DNA of 64,000 nt from Bacteroidales bacterium (GCA_004555955.1 SFJG01000005.1:628-64627), one strand, 5' to 3'; counted from the stretch's first letter, positions 28,836 to 36,895 are shown. Translations and numbers: made by a program. Notes: generated by a model not told the origin, from the sequence alone.

Positions 28836-29924
28836 TCAATCAATACACAAATAATCGTAATGAATAATCGGCTTAAGTCCCTGTTTGCCGATAGCATCGA
28901 CAGCTTCTTGGCTGTCGTACGACGTGCGACCAACGGCAAAAGCCTCCCCGTCGGGACCTACAATTCTGACAATATCGTCTTTTTCGAAGTCGCCAACCAC
29001 ACGTGTAACGCCCACCGGTAACAGCGACGATGCTTCGGCGCCGAGCAGAGCACGGCGTGCGCCTTCGTTGACGTGAATTTCGCCTTTGGCGAAGCCTTCG
29101 CTGTGCGAAATCCACTTCTTGACGCTCGACACGGGGCGACTCGACGGCGTAAAGAGCGTGGACGGCACGTCGGCACGTCGGTCGGCAATGATGTCGACCA
29201 AGATGTTTTCGCGTGTGCCGTTGGCGATTATCACGGCAATGCCTTCTTCAGCAACTTTGCGTGCTATGCGGAATTTGCTCTGCATACCGCCGCGACCGTA
29301 GGTCGACTTCGTTTTTTGAACGAACACATCGCTGTCGAGGGCTTGTTCGGGCTCTATTTCGCGAATCAGCTGCGATTCGGGGTCGGCGGGGTCGCCTGTA
29401 AAAACGCCGTCGACGTTCGAAAGCAACACAAGCGCATCCATGTCCATCATCGAGGCAATCAGTCCCGAGAGTTCGTCGTTGTCGGTAAACATCAACTCGG
29501 TGACCGACACCGTGTCGTTTTCGTTGACAACGGGAATCACTCCGCGGTCGAGCATCACCTCCATACAGTGTTTCTGATTGAGGTAGTGCAACCGTGTGCT
29601 GAAGTTTTCTTTCATCGTCAGCACTTGTCCGCACACGATACCGTGGTCGCGGAAGAACTCATAGTAGCGGTTAATCAACTTGGCTTGTCCGACTGCCGAA
29701 AAAAGTTGTCGAGCCGACACCGGGTCGAGACGCTCTTCGAGGCGCATTTCGCTGCGTCCCGAGGCTACGGCGCCGGAAGTTATCAAGACTACCTCGATGC
29801 CGCGTCGGCGCAATTCGGCAATTTGGTCGACAATCGCCGACATTCGGGTTATGTTGAGCGTGCCGTCGCGCCGCGTCAACACGTTACTACCCACTTTTAC
29901 CGCTACTCGCTTGTATTGTTTCAT
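28836..29924 (-). CDS. proB: Glutamate 5-kinase (with PUA domain)
   Basis: KVGSNVLT N-terminus, an amino-acid kinase fold and a C-terminal PUA-like segment. Confidence 0.95.
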   Translation of the reverse strand: MKQYKRVAVKVGSNVLTRRDGTLNITRMSAIVDQIAELRRRGIEVVLITSGAVASGRSEMRLEERLDPVSARQLFSAVGQAKLINRYYEFFRDHGIVCGQVLTMKENFSTRLHYLNQKHCMEVMLDRGVIPVVNENDTVSVTELMFTDNDELSGLIASMMDMDALVLLSNVDGVFTGDPADPESQLIREIEPEQALDSDVFVQKTKSTYGRGGMQSKFRIARKVAEEGIAVIIANGTRENILVDIIADRRADVPSTLFTPSSRPVSSVKKWISHSEGFAKGEIHVNEGARRALLGAEASSLLPVGVTRVVGDFEKDDIVRIVGPDGEAFAVGRTSYDSQEAVDAIGKQGLKPIIHYDYLCID

Positions 29925-29939
29925 TAGAATAATGTTATG

Positions 29940-30458
29940 CTATTGCTCGTCGTACCACTTTGAGTACATCAAATAGTTGTGCGCAATTTTCACGTTCATC
30001 TCTTTCGCTTGAGCCGGGTCGACCATCTTTTTGAATCGCGCCGGGACGCCCATCCAAAGTTCGTGAGGTCCGATTTTCGTGCCGGGCGACACAACAGAGC
30101 CGGCGGCTACAATAGCACCTTCTCCCACTTCTGCGCCGTCGAGCAATATTGAGCCCATACCGATGAGTGCATAGTCGCACACTTTTGCCCCATGAATGGT
30201 CACGTTATGTCCAATCGACACGTCGTTGCCGATTTCGATAACCGACTTTTGATAGAGCGTATGTAGAACGGAGCCGTCTTGAATGTTTACGCGGTCGCCG
30301 ATTGTAATGGTGTTGACGTCGCCGCGAAGCACGGCGTTGAACCAGATGCTACATTCGTCGCCCATGGTTACGTCGCCGACGATGGTTGCGTTGTCGGCCA
30401 AAAAACAGTCTTTGCCGATTTTCGGTGTAAATCCGCGTACGGGTTTTATAAGAGCCAT
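29940..30458 (-). CDS. Gamma-carbonic anhydrase / left-handed beta-helix (hexapeptide) protein
   Basis: Hexapeptide repeats in a YrdA/PaaY-like 172-aa protein. Confidence 0.85.
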   Translation of the reverse strand: MALIKPVRGFTPKIGKDCFLADNATIVGDVTMGDECSIWFNAVLRGDVNTITIGDRVNIQDGSVLHTLYQKSVIEIGNDVSIGHNVTIHGAKVCDYALIGMGSILLDGAEVGEGAIVAAGSVVSPGTKIGPHELWMGVPARFKKMVDPAQAKEMNVKIAHNYLMYSKWYDEQ

Positions 30459-30461
30459 AGT

Positions 30462-32249
30462 TTATTTCGTTATAGGTTGAGTTTTTTCGTTAAGCCAAGC
30501 AGTTTGCTCGTCGTTGAGCAGCGGAGTCAGGCGGCTGCGCACCATTGCGTGGTAGTCGTTCACCTGACGAACCTCTTCGGCGGTAAGCATGTCGACGTCG
30601 ATGAGTTTCGTGTCGTAGGGGAAGAGCGTGAGCGTCTCAAACCGGAGGAAGTTGCCAAAGTCGGCTGTTTCCTTGTAAGATGTTGCAAGCACGAGGTTTT
30701 CGATGCGAATACCGTATTTATCAGTTATGTAGAGTCCCGGCTCGTTGGAGATAATCATCCCCGGGCTAATCGTTGTAGGATTCTCGTTGAGACGAATGTT
30801 TTGCGGACCTTCGTGCACGTTGAGGAAGTGACCGACGCCGTGTCCTGTTCCGTGCCAATAAGTTTTGGCTTCTTTCCAGAGGAATTGACGAGCCAGCGCA
30901 TCGAGTTGACTACCGCGAGTGCCTTCGGGGAATGTAACGTGTCCGAGAGCCAGATGACCTTTGAGCACAAGCGTATAGTCGTGGCGCTCTTCTTCGGTCG
31001 GTGTGCCGAAGCAAACGGTACGTGTGATGTCGGTAGTTCCGTCGAGATATTGTGCACCGGTGTCGACAAGTAGGAGTCCGTCGACGCCGACAGTGGCAGC
31101 CGTTGCCGGTTCTGCCTCGTAGTGGACGATTGCACCGTTGCCGCGATAGCCTGCCGCCATAGCGAAACTCTCGCCGCGGTAGAGCGGACTCTCGCCGCGA
31201 AATTCAACAACCTTTTCGGCTACGTCAACCTCATTGACTTTACCTGCCGGAACATTTTGCTCGAGCCACATATAGAGTTTGACAAGAGCAACGCCGTCGC
31301 GTTCCATAGCGCGGCGTGTGCCTTCGATTTGCGTATCGTTCTTGCACGCTTTCATCAGCGCAACCGGCGATTGGCGGAAAATGGTTTCTGCGTTGTAGAG
31401 ACAACGTGCCGTGGTGTCGCTGGTTGAACGCGGGTCGAGCAGCACGACGTCGTCTTTGACTTTCGCCAGGAAGTCGTTGACCGACTTGTAGGGAGCAACC
31501 GTGATTGCATGGTCGGCGAGATATTTTGCGGTTGCGTCGTCGACTTTTCGCTCGTCGATGAAGAGCACACGTTGACGCTTGCTGACGTATGCGTAGGCGG
31601 TTGCTACCGGGTTGAACATCACGTCGTTGCAGCGAATGTTGAAGAGCCAAGCCACTTCGTCGAGCGCCGATAGCAGCGTTGCATTAGCACCGTTTTCGGC
31701 AAGCGCGTCGAGAAGGCGGTTGATTTTGCTTTGTGTCGATTCGCCGGCATAACTTTCTTCGTGCACGTAAATCGGGTCGAGCGGCAGTTCGGGGCGGTCG
31801 GCGTAAATCTTGTCGAAAGGAGCAAAATCGGCAGCAAAGCGAGCGCCTATTTGTCCGCAGAGGTTCTCCAAACGGTTGGCAGCCGGCACGCTGAAGAGTG
31901 AGCCGTCGACAGCCAACAAATCGCCTTCGCTGAGGTTTTCTGCGAGCCATTGCTCAATTGTCGGGTCGTTGCCGCCGTCTTCTTTCATCATCGTTATTCC
32001 GGTGCCTTCGAGTTCGATTCCTGCCTGAAGGAAGTAGCGTGAGTCGGTCCAAAGACGTGCATCGTCGAGCGTGATAACGGCTGTGCCGTTAGAGCCTGTA
32101 AATCCCGTCACCCAATCGCGCACTTTCCAGTGGTCGCTTATATATTCGCTTTGGTGAGGGTCAGTGCCGGGAACGATTACTGCCGTAATTTTATATTTAC
32201 GCATTTCTGCGCGTAATGCTTCCAAATTTTTTAATACTTTCTCGTTCAT
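30462..32249 (-). CDS. Xaa-Pro aminopeptidase (M24B, long form)
   Basis: 595-aa ORF with a creatinase-like N-domain plus M24 catalytic motifs (HGTGHGVGHFLNVHE, NEPG). Confidence 0.9.
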   Translation of the reverse strand: MNEKVLKNLEALRAEMRKYKITAVIVPGTDPHQSEYISDHWKVRDWVTGFTGSNGTAVITLDDARLWTDSRYFLQAGIELEGTGITMMKEDGGNDPTIEQWLAENLSEGDLLAVDGSLFSVPAANRLENLCGQIGARFAADFAPFDKIYADRPELPLDPIYVHEESYAGESTQSKINRLLDALAENGANATLLSALDEVAWLFNIRCNDVMFNPVATAYAYVSKRQRVLFIDERKVDDATAKYLADHAITVAPYKSVNDFLAKVKDDVVLLDPRSTSDTTARCLYNAETIFRQSPVALMKACKNDTQIEGTRRAMERDGVALVKLYMWLEQNVPAGKVNEVDVAEKVVEFRGESPLYRGESFAMAAGYRGNGAIVHYEAEPATAATVGVDGLLLVDTGAQYLDGTTDITRTVCFGTPTEEERHDYTLVLKGHLALGHVTFPEGTRGSQLDALARQFLWKEAKTYWHGTGHGVGHFLNVHEGPQNIRLNENPTTISPGMIISNEPGLYITDKYGIRIENLVLATSYKETADFGNFLRFETLTLFPYDTKLIDVDMLTAEEVRQVNDYHAMVRSRLTPLLNDEQTAWLNEKTQPITK

Positions 32250-32261
32250 ATCTTTAGTGTA

Positions 32262-33044
32262 TTAAAGTTTCTCAATTTTCAGACGGTCGATAGCGAAATA
32301 TGCGGGATTGTTCATTCCCCACATACCCGTGTCGGACGATTCCATAGTCATGCAAATAGCCGTGAGCGGACCTTCGGCGGCGAGCGACGAAAGGTTGCAC
32401 AACGTCCAACCGTCGACAATCTTGCTTGCGCCATCGCGGAAGTCGGCAAGATAGAATTCGAGCGGTTCGGTGAGAGAGCCGTCGGCATAAATGCCACGTA
32501 CGACGACTTTGCACCAATCACCGTCGGCGAATTTCTTCGACCACGCCGTGCCGTTTGCCATAGCATAGTAGCCGTAAGTTGTGTTTGTAAAGTAGACGTG
32601 TACGGGATTGAATTCGCCGCCGTCAGCCAAACTGATACGCAACGAAGCATCGCCCTCGGCGGGATTGTCGATGGTGTTCCAGTAGGCTATGATATACGGC
32701 GTTCCTTTGCCCGAAGTGCTTCCGCCGGGCATTGCCGTCCATTGATGGTCGAGCCAGTTGCCATCGCTATAGTCGGCATTGTCGGAGTTACGACTCGGAC
32801 AGAAACCGTACCAATAAGTGCCGTAAGGGCTTGTCTCGGCAAAATGACTGAAGCGAACGCCTTGGCAATCGATATACGCTGCTTCCGGATTAAGGCAATC
32901 AGCCCATACGCCATCTTCGTCGTACGCAATTTCTGTCATCGCCGCATCCACGGTTATAGTGTTGTCGGGGTCGTTGTCGCTACAAGCCGCTGCGCCTATA
33001 GCCAATGCGGCAAAAATCGTTAGTTGTTTAAGTGTAAATTTCAT
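32262..33044 (-). CDS. Lipoprotein, DUF4465-like
   Basis: Signal sequence and lipobox (ALAIGAAAC). The YWYGFCPSRNSD... pattern is recalled from DUF4465, from memory only. Confidence 0.55.
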   Translation of the reverse strand: MKFTLKQLTIFAALAIGAAACSDNDPDNTITVDAAMTEIAYDEDGVWADCLNPEAAYIDCQGVRFSHFAETSPYGTYWYGFCPSRNSDNADYSDGNWLDHQWTAMPGGSTSGKGTPYIIAYWNTIDNPAEGDASLRISLADGGEFNPVHVYFTNTTYGYYAMANGTAWSKKFADGDWCKVVVRGIYADGSLTEPLEFYLADFRDGASKIVDGWTLCNLSSLAAEGPLTAICMTMESSDTGMWGMNNPAYFAIDRLKIEKL

Positions 33045-33065
33045 TATATACCTATTTTTTATAAA

Positions 33066-33902
33066 TTAAATCAAAGTCACTTGCTTGGCATGTACATCAT
33101 CGCCGAGAAAAAGAGAAGCCATCGAGGCAAACTTTTCAGCCGATTCGGTCGATAGATAGCGAATCGACCCGCCTTGCGTGCATCGCTGCTCCATTTCGGG
33201 ATGCCGACGAAGATAGTCGCCGAGACTGTCGGCAACGATTTCGCCCTGGCAAATCACGTTTACGCCGGATGGCATATAATCCATAATTTTATTATATAGC
33301 AAAGGATAATGCGTGCAACCGAGTATAACCGTGTCGATGTCAGACGATTGCGCAAAAAGAGCGTCGATGTATTTTTTCACAAAATAGTCAGCCCCGTCGC
33401 CATCACTCTCGCGATATTCCACCAAAGGAACCCACATCGGGCACGGCTGTCCATAGGTGCGAAAGTCCGGATACATCTTGCGGATTTCCATCGGATAACT
33501 CTCACTTTGGATAGTTCCCGCCGTTCCAAGCACGCCAATGGCTCCCGTTTTCGTCAGTTCGCCGAGTTTTTCCACCGTCGGACGAATCACACCAAGCACG
33601 CGACGCTGCGCATCGATGCCGGGCAAGTCGTTCTGTTGGATAGTGCGCAACGCCTTTGCCGACGCCGTGTTGCATGCCAGAATAACCAACTGACACCCCT
33701 GAGCGAATAAGTAGTTAACCGCTTGTAACGTAAAGCGATAGACCACGTCGAACGACCGACTCCCATAAGGAGCACGCGCGTTGTCACCCAGATAAATATA
33801 GTCATATTGCGGCAAGGCACTACGTATGCGGGACAATATCGTCAGGCCTCCATAGCCGGAATCAAACACGCCGATAGCACCTTTCCTATCGCTTATTGCC
33901 AT
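33066..33902 (-). CDS. murI: Glutamate racemase
   Basis: GVFDSGYGGLT, ILACNTAS and ILGCTHYP motifs. Confidence 0.95.
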   Translation of the reverse strand: MAISDRKGAIGVFDSGYGGLTILSRIRSALPQYDYIYLGDNARAPYGSRSFDVVYRFTLQAVNYLFAQGCQLVILACNTASAKALRTIQQNDLPGIDAQRRVLGVIRPTVEKLGELTKTGAIGVLGTAGTIQSESYPMEIRKMYPDFRTYGQPCPMWVPLVEYRESDGDGADYFVKKYIDALFAQSSDIDTVILGCTHYPLLYNKIMDYMPSGVNVICQGEIVADSLGDYLRRHPEMEQRCTQGGSIRYLSTESAEKFASMASLFLGDDVHAKQVTLI

Positions 33903-33924
33903 TCGTTTTCCTTTTTTATGTTAC

Positions 33925-34084
33925 AAAGATAGTGCAAGGCGAGCGAAAAACAAAGCGAAAACGAAGTTTTCAAGATTTGTTTTGCCGAGCCGCAGCCTAT
34001 CTTATCCAAAGTAGTGCAAATCAAGAGCAAAAACAAATCAAAACAAGTTTTGGAATTTGCTTTTGCCACTATGCCACCTATCTT
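33925..34084. repeat. Two tandem ~80-bp imperfect-palindromic extragenic elements (AAAG(A)TAG ... CTATCTT ends)
   Basis: Copies at 33925-34003 and 34008-34084. They share caaag(a)tagtgcaa..gag.g.aaaaacaaa...ttttgcc...cctatctt. They belong to the same family as 36827-36895 and are related to the 19.8-kb array. Confidence 0.6.
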
Positions 34085-34206
34085 TACCGAGAGAAAGTTC
34101 AAAAAAGAGCGATTCCTCGCAATTTTTAGAAATTTCCAAACACAAAACTTGCAAATTCCCGCCAAAAGCAGTACCTTTGTGCCACGTTTTTCAAGCAAAG
34201 ACGTAT

Positions 34207-34281
34207 CGGGGCGTAGCGCAGTCCGGTTAGCGCACCTGCTTTGGGAGCAGGGGGTCGAAGGTTCGAATCCTTTCACCCCGA
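34207..34281 (+). tRNA. tRNA-Pro (anticodon TGG)
   Basis: The cloverleaf was folded by hand: acceptor CGGGGCG/CACCCCG (one C-A mismatch), anticodon stem CCTGC/GCAGG with loop TTTGGGA, and T-arm GAAGG-TTCGAAT-CCTTT. A TAccTTTG box lies at 34172-34179. Confidence 0.9.
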
Positions 34282-34285
34282 CAAC

Positions 34286-34327
34286 AAAAACGACGAAAAT
34301 CAGCATTTTGCGATTTTCGTCGTTTTT
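34286..34327 (+). terminator. Terminator hairpin after tRNA-Pro
   Basis: aaaaacgacgaaaatc / gattttcgtcgttttt forms a 16-bp stem with a T-run. Confidence 0.7.
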
Positions 34328-34381
34328 CGTTTACCAACCCCGCCGACATTCTTCAAAGAAAATGCAGCCGGAACGCCCAAA

Positions 34382-34738
34382 TTAAACATTAATATATGCT
34401 ACCGGATTTTGAGACTTAGGGTTTACACAATTCCATACACATAGACCAATAAATGGAGAATCTTTTACCATTATACCGTCAAATTCATAACGGACGGACT
34501 TACCGATGAATGTTTCTGACTTATACCAGCGAATAGGCTTAAACACAGCCTTGACAATGCCATGCACGATTGCCAGCACATATTCAGCTTTTTCAGCACG
34601 GTTTACACTGAGCCGCCAATAATGGCGAGCACAATCATAAATATCTTCTCTTTCTTTATTGTCGAATGTCTTGCTAATATTTAAACAAAGCAAATGGTCG
34701 TGTGGCGTCGGTTGAATGTATTTAGTGCTATCTGTCAT
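34382..34738 (-). CDS. Hypothetical 118-aa protein, third gene of the AT-rich operon
   Basis: The ATG overlaps the stop of the 47-aa ORF (TAATG). No family could be named with confidence. It contains ARHYWRLSVNRAEKAEYVLAIVHGIVKAVF. Confidence 0.6.
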   Translation of the reverse strand: MTDSTKYIQPTPHDHLLCLNISKTFDNKEREDIYDCARHYWRLSVNRAEKAEYVLAIVHGIVKAVFKPIRWYKSETFIGKSVRYEFDGIMVKDSPFIGLCVWNCVNPKSQNPVAYINV

Positions 34739-34881
34739 TAATCCCGGTCATTTAATTGGTTAATAAATTCTTCTTCGTCGATTTCTTGGTAAATCGGCTG
34801 TTGTTCTTGGGAGCACTCGCAGCAGTGGCAATGACCATCGCCACTACGTCCGCCTCGTAATATTGAGATAGACTCTGCCAT
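34738..34881 (-). CDS. Unlisted 47-aa Cys/His-rich acidic micro-ORF
   Basis: Hand translation gives MAESISILRGGRSGDGHCHCCECSQEQQPIYQEIDEEEFINQLNDRD*. The ATG lies 2 nt after the upstream stop, and the TAA overlaps the downstream ATG. It falls below the 60-aa cutoff of the ORF track. Confidence 0.5.
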   Translation of the reverse strand: MAESISILRGGRSGDGHCHCCECSQEQQPIYQEIDEEEFINQLNDRD

Positions 34882-34883
34882 AA

Positions 34884-35972
34884 TTAGTTATGATTGCTAT
34901 TTATGCCTTTTACAAATACTTTGTAATTGCTCTCACCATTAGGTTTATCATATTGAAATTCTTTAAGTGAAAAATGAGGACAATTATTTGCACAAAGTAA
35001 ATAAGGATTTATCTTTGTGCCTTTTGATTTGTATAGTATGCAAATATTTCTCATGTGAAAATCATTGAAACGGTAAAATTTGCACATGCTACAATATTTG
35101 AGATCTATGCCGGATTTTATCAATTCTGAAAATGCAAAATCTAAATGAATTGGGAAATCTGCATCTATACGGAAAACAGAATTTGATAATTCTGAAGGAT
35201 TTGGAGTCAAGCAAAAATTTGAATAGTCATATTCATCGAATCTGCCAATATGAAAAGAAAGTTGTTCGTCAATCCAGAATTGAATTTTTGGGCGTTGGTG
35301 TTCCTCGGTCGGACTTTCATAACTTTCACCATGGAAGTTTACAAATTTTACTAAGTCGATGCCATCAGACCATTCATTTTTGTAGTAAACTAATTCGGTA
35401 ATAGAATGTTCTGATACTATTTCTTCTATTGATTCTTCAGAAGTAACTTTAATCTCAATTATACGATAACCAGAATTAATCTTTTCTTCTGTTGATTTAT
35501 GAGAAACAAAAATTTCAATAAGGATTGGCGGATATTCAGGACGGTTGCTATTTGATAAGACCAAATCCCCAACAAATTGTCCAACACTCTTTTCAATACT
35601 ACATGTGTCGTAAAATTTTTTAACGTCAAAAGATTTTAATTCTCGCCATGAACAAGGTTCTTGAACATTAAGTGGGCAGTCAGATTTGTTGCAAATGATT
35701 TTTGGGCTAAAGTTTATTTGAAAAGTTTCAGCTTCGTCAAAAGATTTTTTGATGCGTAATTTAGCTATTTTGTGCAAATATGTTTCGTAGTTACATTTTG
35801 CACCGGATTTATGAGTAAAATGCCAACGGCGAACTTTACCCATGTGAGGAATCATAATTTCACCACAACAAGGACAATAGTATGTGCAGCTGCGTGATGC
35901 ATATCTGACATTTATTAAAGTGTCAGATTCATCAAAAGCATATGAATAGTCTTGCTTTATAGTATTACCCAT
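34884..35972 (-). CDS. CoiA-like Zn-ribbon + PD-(D/E)xK-type nuclease-fold protein with a Cys-rich C-terminus
   Basis: The N-terminus YYCPCCGEIMIPHMGKVRRWHFTHKSGAKCNYETYLHK matches the CoiA-like pattern (CPxC...HFxH...C..E..H..K). It is followed by VGDLVL...ILIEIFVSHKS (D...ExxxS/K). The C-terminus contains CSMCKF...CANNCPHF. Confidence 0.6.
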   Translation of the reverse strand: MGNTIKQDYSYAFDESDTLINVRYASRSCTYYCPCCGEIMIPHMGKVRRWHFTHKSGAKCNYETYLHKIAKLRIKKSFDEAETFQINFSPKIICNKSDCPLNVQEPCSWRELKSFDVKKFYDTCSIEKSVGQFVGDLVLSNSNRPEYPPILIEIFVSHKSTEEKINSGYRIIEIKVTSEESIEEIVSEHSITELVYYKNEWSDGIDLVKFVNFHGESYESPTEEHQRPKIQFWIDEQLSFHIGRFDEYDYSNFCLTPNPSELSNSVFRIDADFPIHLDFAFSELIKSGIDLKYCSMCKFYRFNDFHMRNICILYKSKGTKINPYLLCANNCPHFSLKEFQYDKPNGESNYKVFVKGINSNHN

Positions 35973-36300
35973 CTATAATACAGAAGTTTGTTGAGAAACA
36001 ATCTTGCTACCATACAACATCAAGATAGAAAATATCATCATTCATGCTTAATAGTAGATATAAAATTCTTGATTTGTTTTTTAGCACACATTTGCAAATC
36101 TGCTTGCGAAGATAATAATAAAAATTAATTCAGTGCGAAATTTTTTTCATAAAACGCTCGATATATTCACGCTGAAGGCGTCGTGCCGGGGACTTTGCGC
36201 GCAAGCTTACTGCTGCGCCGATAACCCGTTGTTCTTTGTCGCACACCTCCTTCCTGCCAAAACAGAATGTATTGGTTGCCCCAAACGCGCTCGACAAAAC

Positions 36301-36333
36301 AAAAAAAGAGCGCTGAAGTTCAGCGCTCTTTGA
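36301..36333 (-). terminator. Terminator hairpin 3' of tRNA-Gln
   Basis: agagcgctgaa / ttcagcgctct is palindromic and flanked by A7 on the plus strand (a U-run on the minus strand). Confidence 0.7.
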
Positions 36334-36334
36334 G

Positions 36335-36405
36335 TTGTCTTATCCGGACTCGAACCAGAACAGGCAGAACCAAAAACTGCAGTGCTACCATTACACCATA
36401 AGACA
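36335..36405 (-). tRNA. tRNA-Gln (anticodon TTG)
   Basis: On the minus strand the sequence reads TGTCTTA TG GTGT AATGGTA GCAC T GCAGT TTTTGGT TCTGC CTGT TCTGG TTCGAGT CCGGA TAAGACA A. The acceptor stem is perfect. Confidence 0.9.
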
Positions 36406-36442
36406 ATCCTAACTTAACAGACTCTTCGTCCGAAAAGCGTTG

Positions 36443-36474
36443 CAAAGATAAAGCACTTTTGCCAAACCACCAAA
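36443..36474 (-). promoter_or_regulatory. Bacteroidetes-type promoter for tRNA-Gln
   Basis: On the minus strand, TTTG (36471-74), 20 nt, then TATCTTTG (36443-50), about 37 nt upstream of the tRNA 5' end. Confidence 0.4.
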
Positions 36475-36582
36475 TTTTTTCGCTATTTTTTATCGCTCCC
36501 TCTCAAAAAATTTTTCAACACACGCGATTTTGCCCTCCAAAGAAAGAAATTTGCACTTTTTTCGAAAAAAGTTGTCGGAAAA

Positions 36583-36614
36583 TTTGGAGATATAAAAAAT
36601 ACCCTATATCTTTG
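36583..36614 (+). promoter_or_regulatory. Bacteroidetes-type promoter for tRNA-Asp
   Basis: TTTG (36583-86), 20 nt, then TATCTTTG (36607-14), 18 nt before the tRNA start. Confidence 0.45.
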
Positions 36615-36631
36615 CACTCGCAAAACAATCA

Positions 36632-36705
36632 GGTGCGGTAGTTCAGCTGGTTAGAATACATGCCTGTCACGCATGGGGTCGCGGGTTCGAGTCCCGTCCG
36701 CACCG
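36632..36705 (+). tRNA. tRNA-Asp (anticodon GTC)
   Basis: Acceptor GGTGCGG/CCGCACC, anticodon stem CATGC/GCATG with loop CTGTCAC, and T-arm GCGGG-TTCGAGT-CCCGT. Confidence 0.92.
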
Positions 36706-36706
36706 C

Positions 36707-36740
36707 AAGAAGTCTTGAAGAAATTCAAGGCTTCTTTTTT
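36707..36740 (+). terminator. Terminator hairpin after tRNA-Asp
   Basis: aagaagtcttgaa / ttcaaggcttctt forms a 13-bp stem with one G-U pair, followed by T7. Confidence 0.65.
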
Positions 36741-36762
36741 TATATAATTTCCGAGACGGCGG

Positions 36763-36810
36763 ATTTTGCTTGCGCAAATAGTTTTTGCACGACCGATTTG
36801 CGCAAGCAAA
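36763..36810. repeat. 16-bp perfect inverted repeat
   Basis: ttttgcttgcgcaaat (36763-78) pairs with atttgcgcaagcaaaa (36795-810), with a 16-nt loop. Confidence 0.6.
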
Positions 36811-36826
36811 AAAATGTATCTTTACA

Positions 36827-36895
36827 TAAGACAAGCTGCATCTCGGCAAAACAATCAAGCAAGCTTGTTGATTTTGCTCTCGATTTGCATTATCT
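36827..36895. repeat. Single copy (inverted orientation) of the palindromic extragenic element family
   Basis: aagacaagctgcatCTCGGCAaaacaaTCAAGCAAGCTTGttgatttTGCTCTCGatttgcattatctt shares the CTCGGCA...CAAGCAAGCTTG...GCTCTCG core with the 19.8-kb array. Confidence 0.55.

Noticed and set aside
33893-34306. 137-aa minus-strand ORF
   Set aside because: It runs through the extragenic repeats and across tRNA-Pro on the opposite strand, so it is not coding.
36133-36333. 66-aa plus-strand ORF
   Set aside because: It ends inside the tRNA-Gln terminator palindrome, starts with a non-ATG codon and has no motif. It is probably non-coding spacer.
34282-36334. Integrative element with att sites at tRNA-Pro or tRNA-Gln
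   Set aside because: There is no integrase or excisionase, and I found no duplicated tRNA 3'-end segment at either boundary by eye. The region is therefore reported only as a compositional island.
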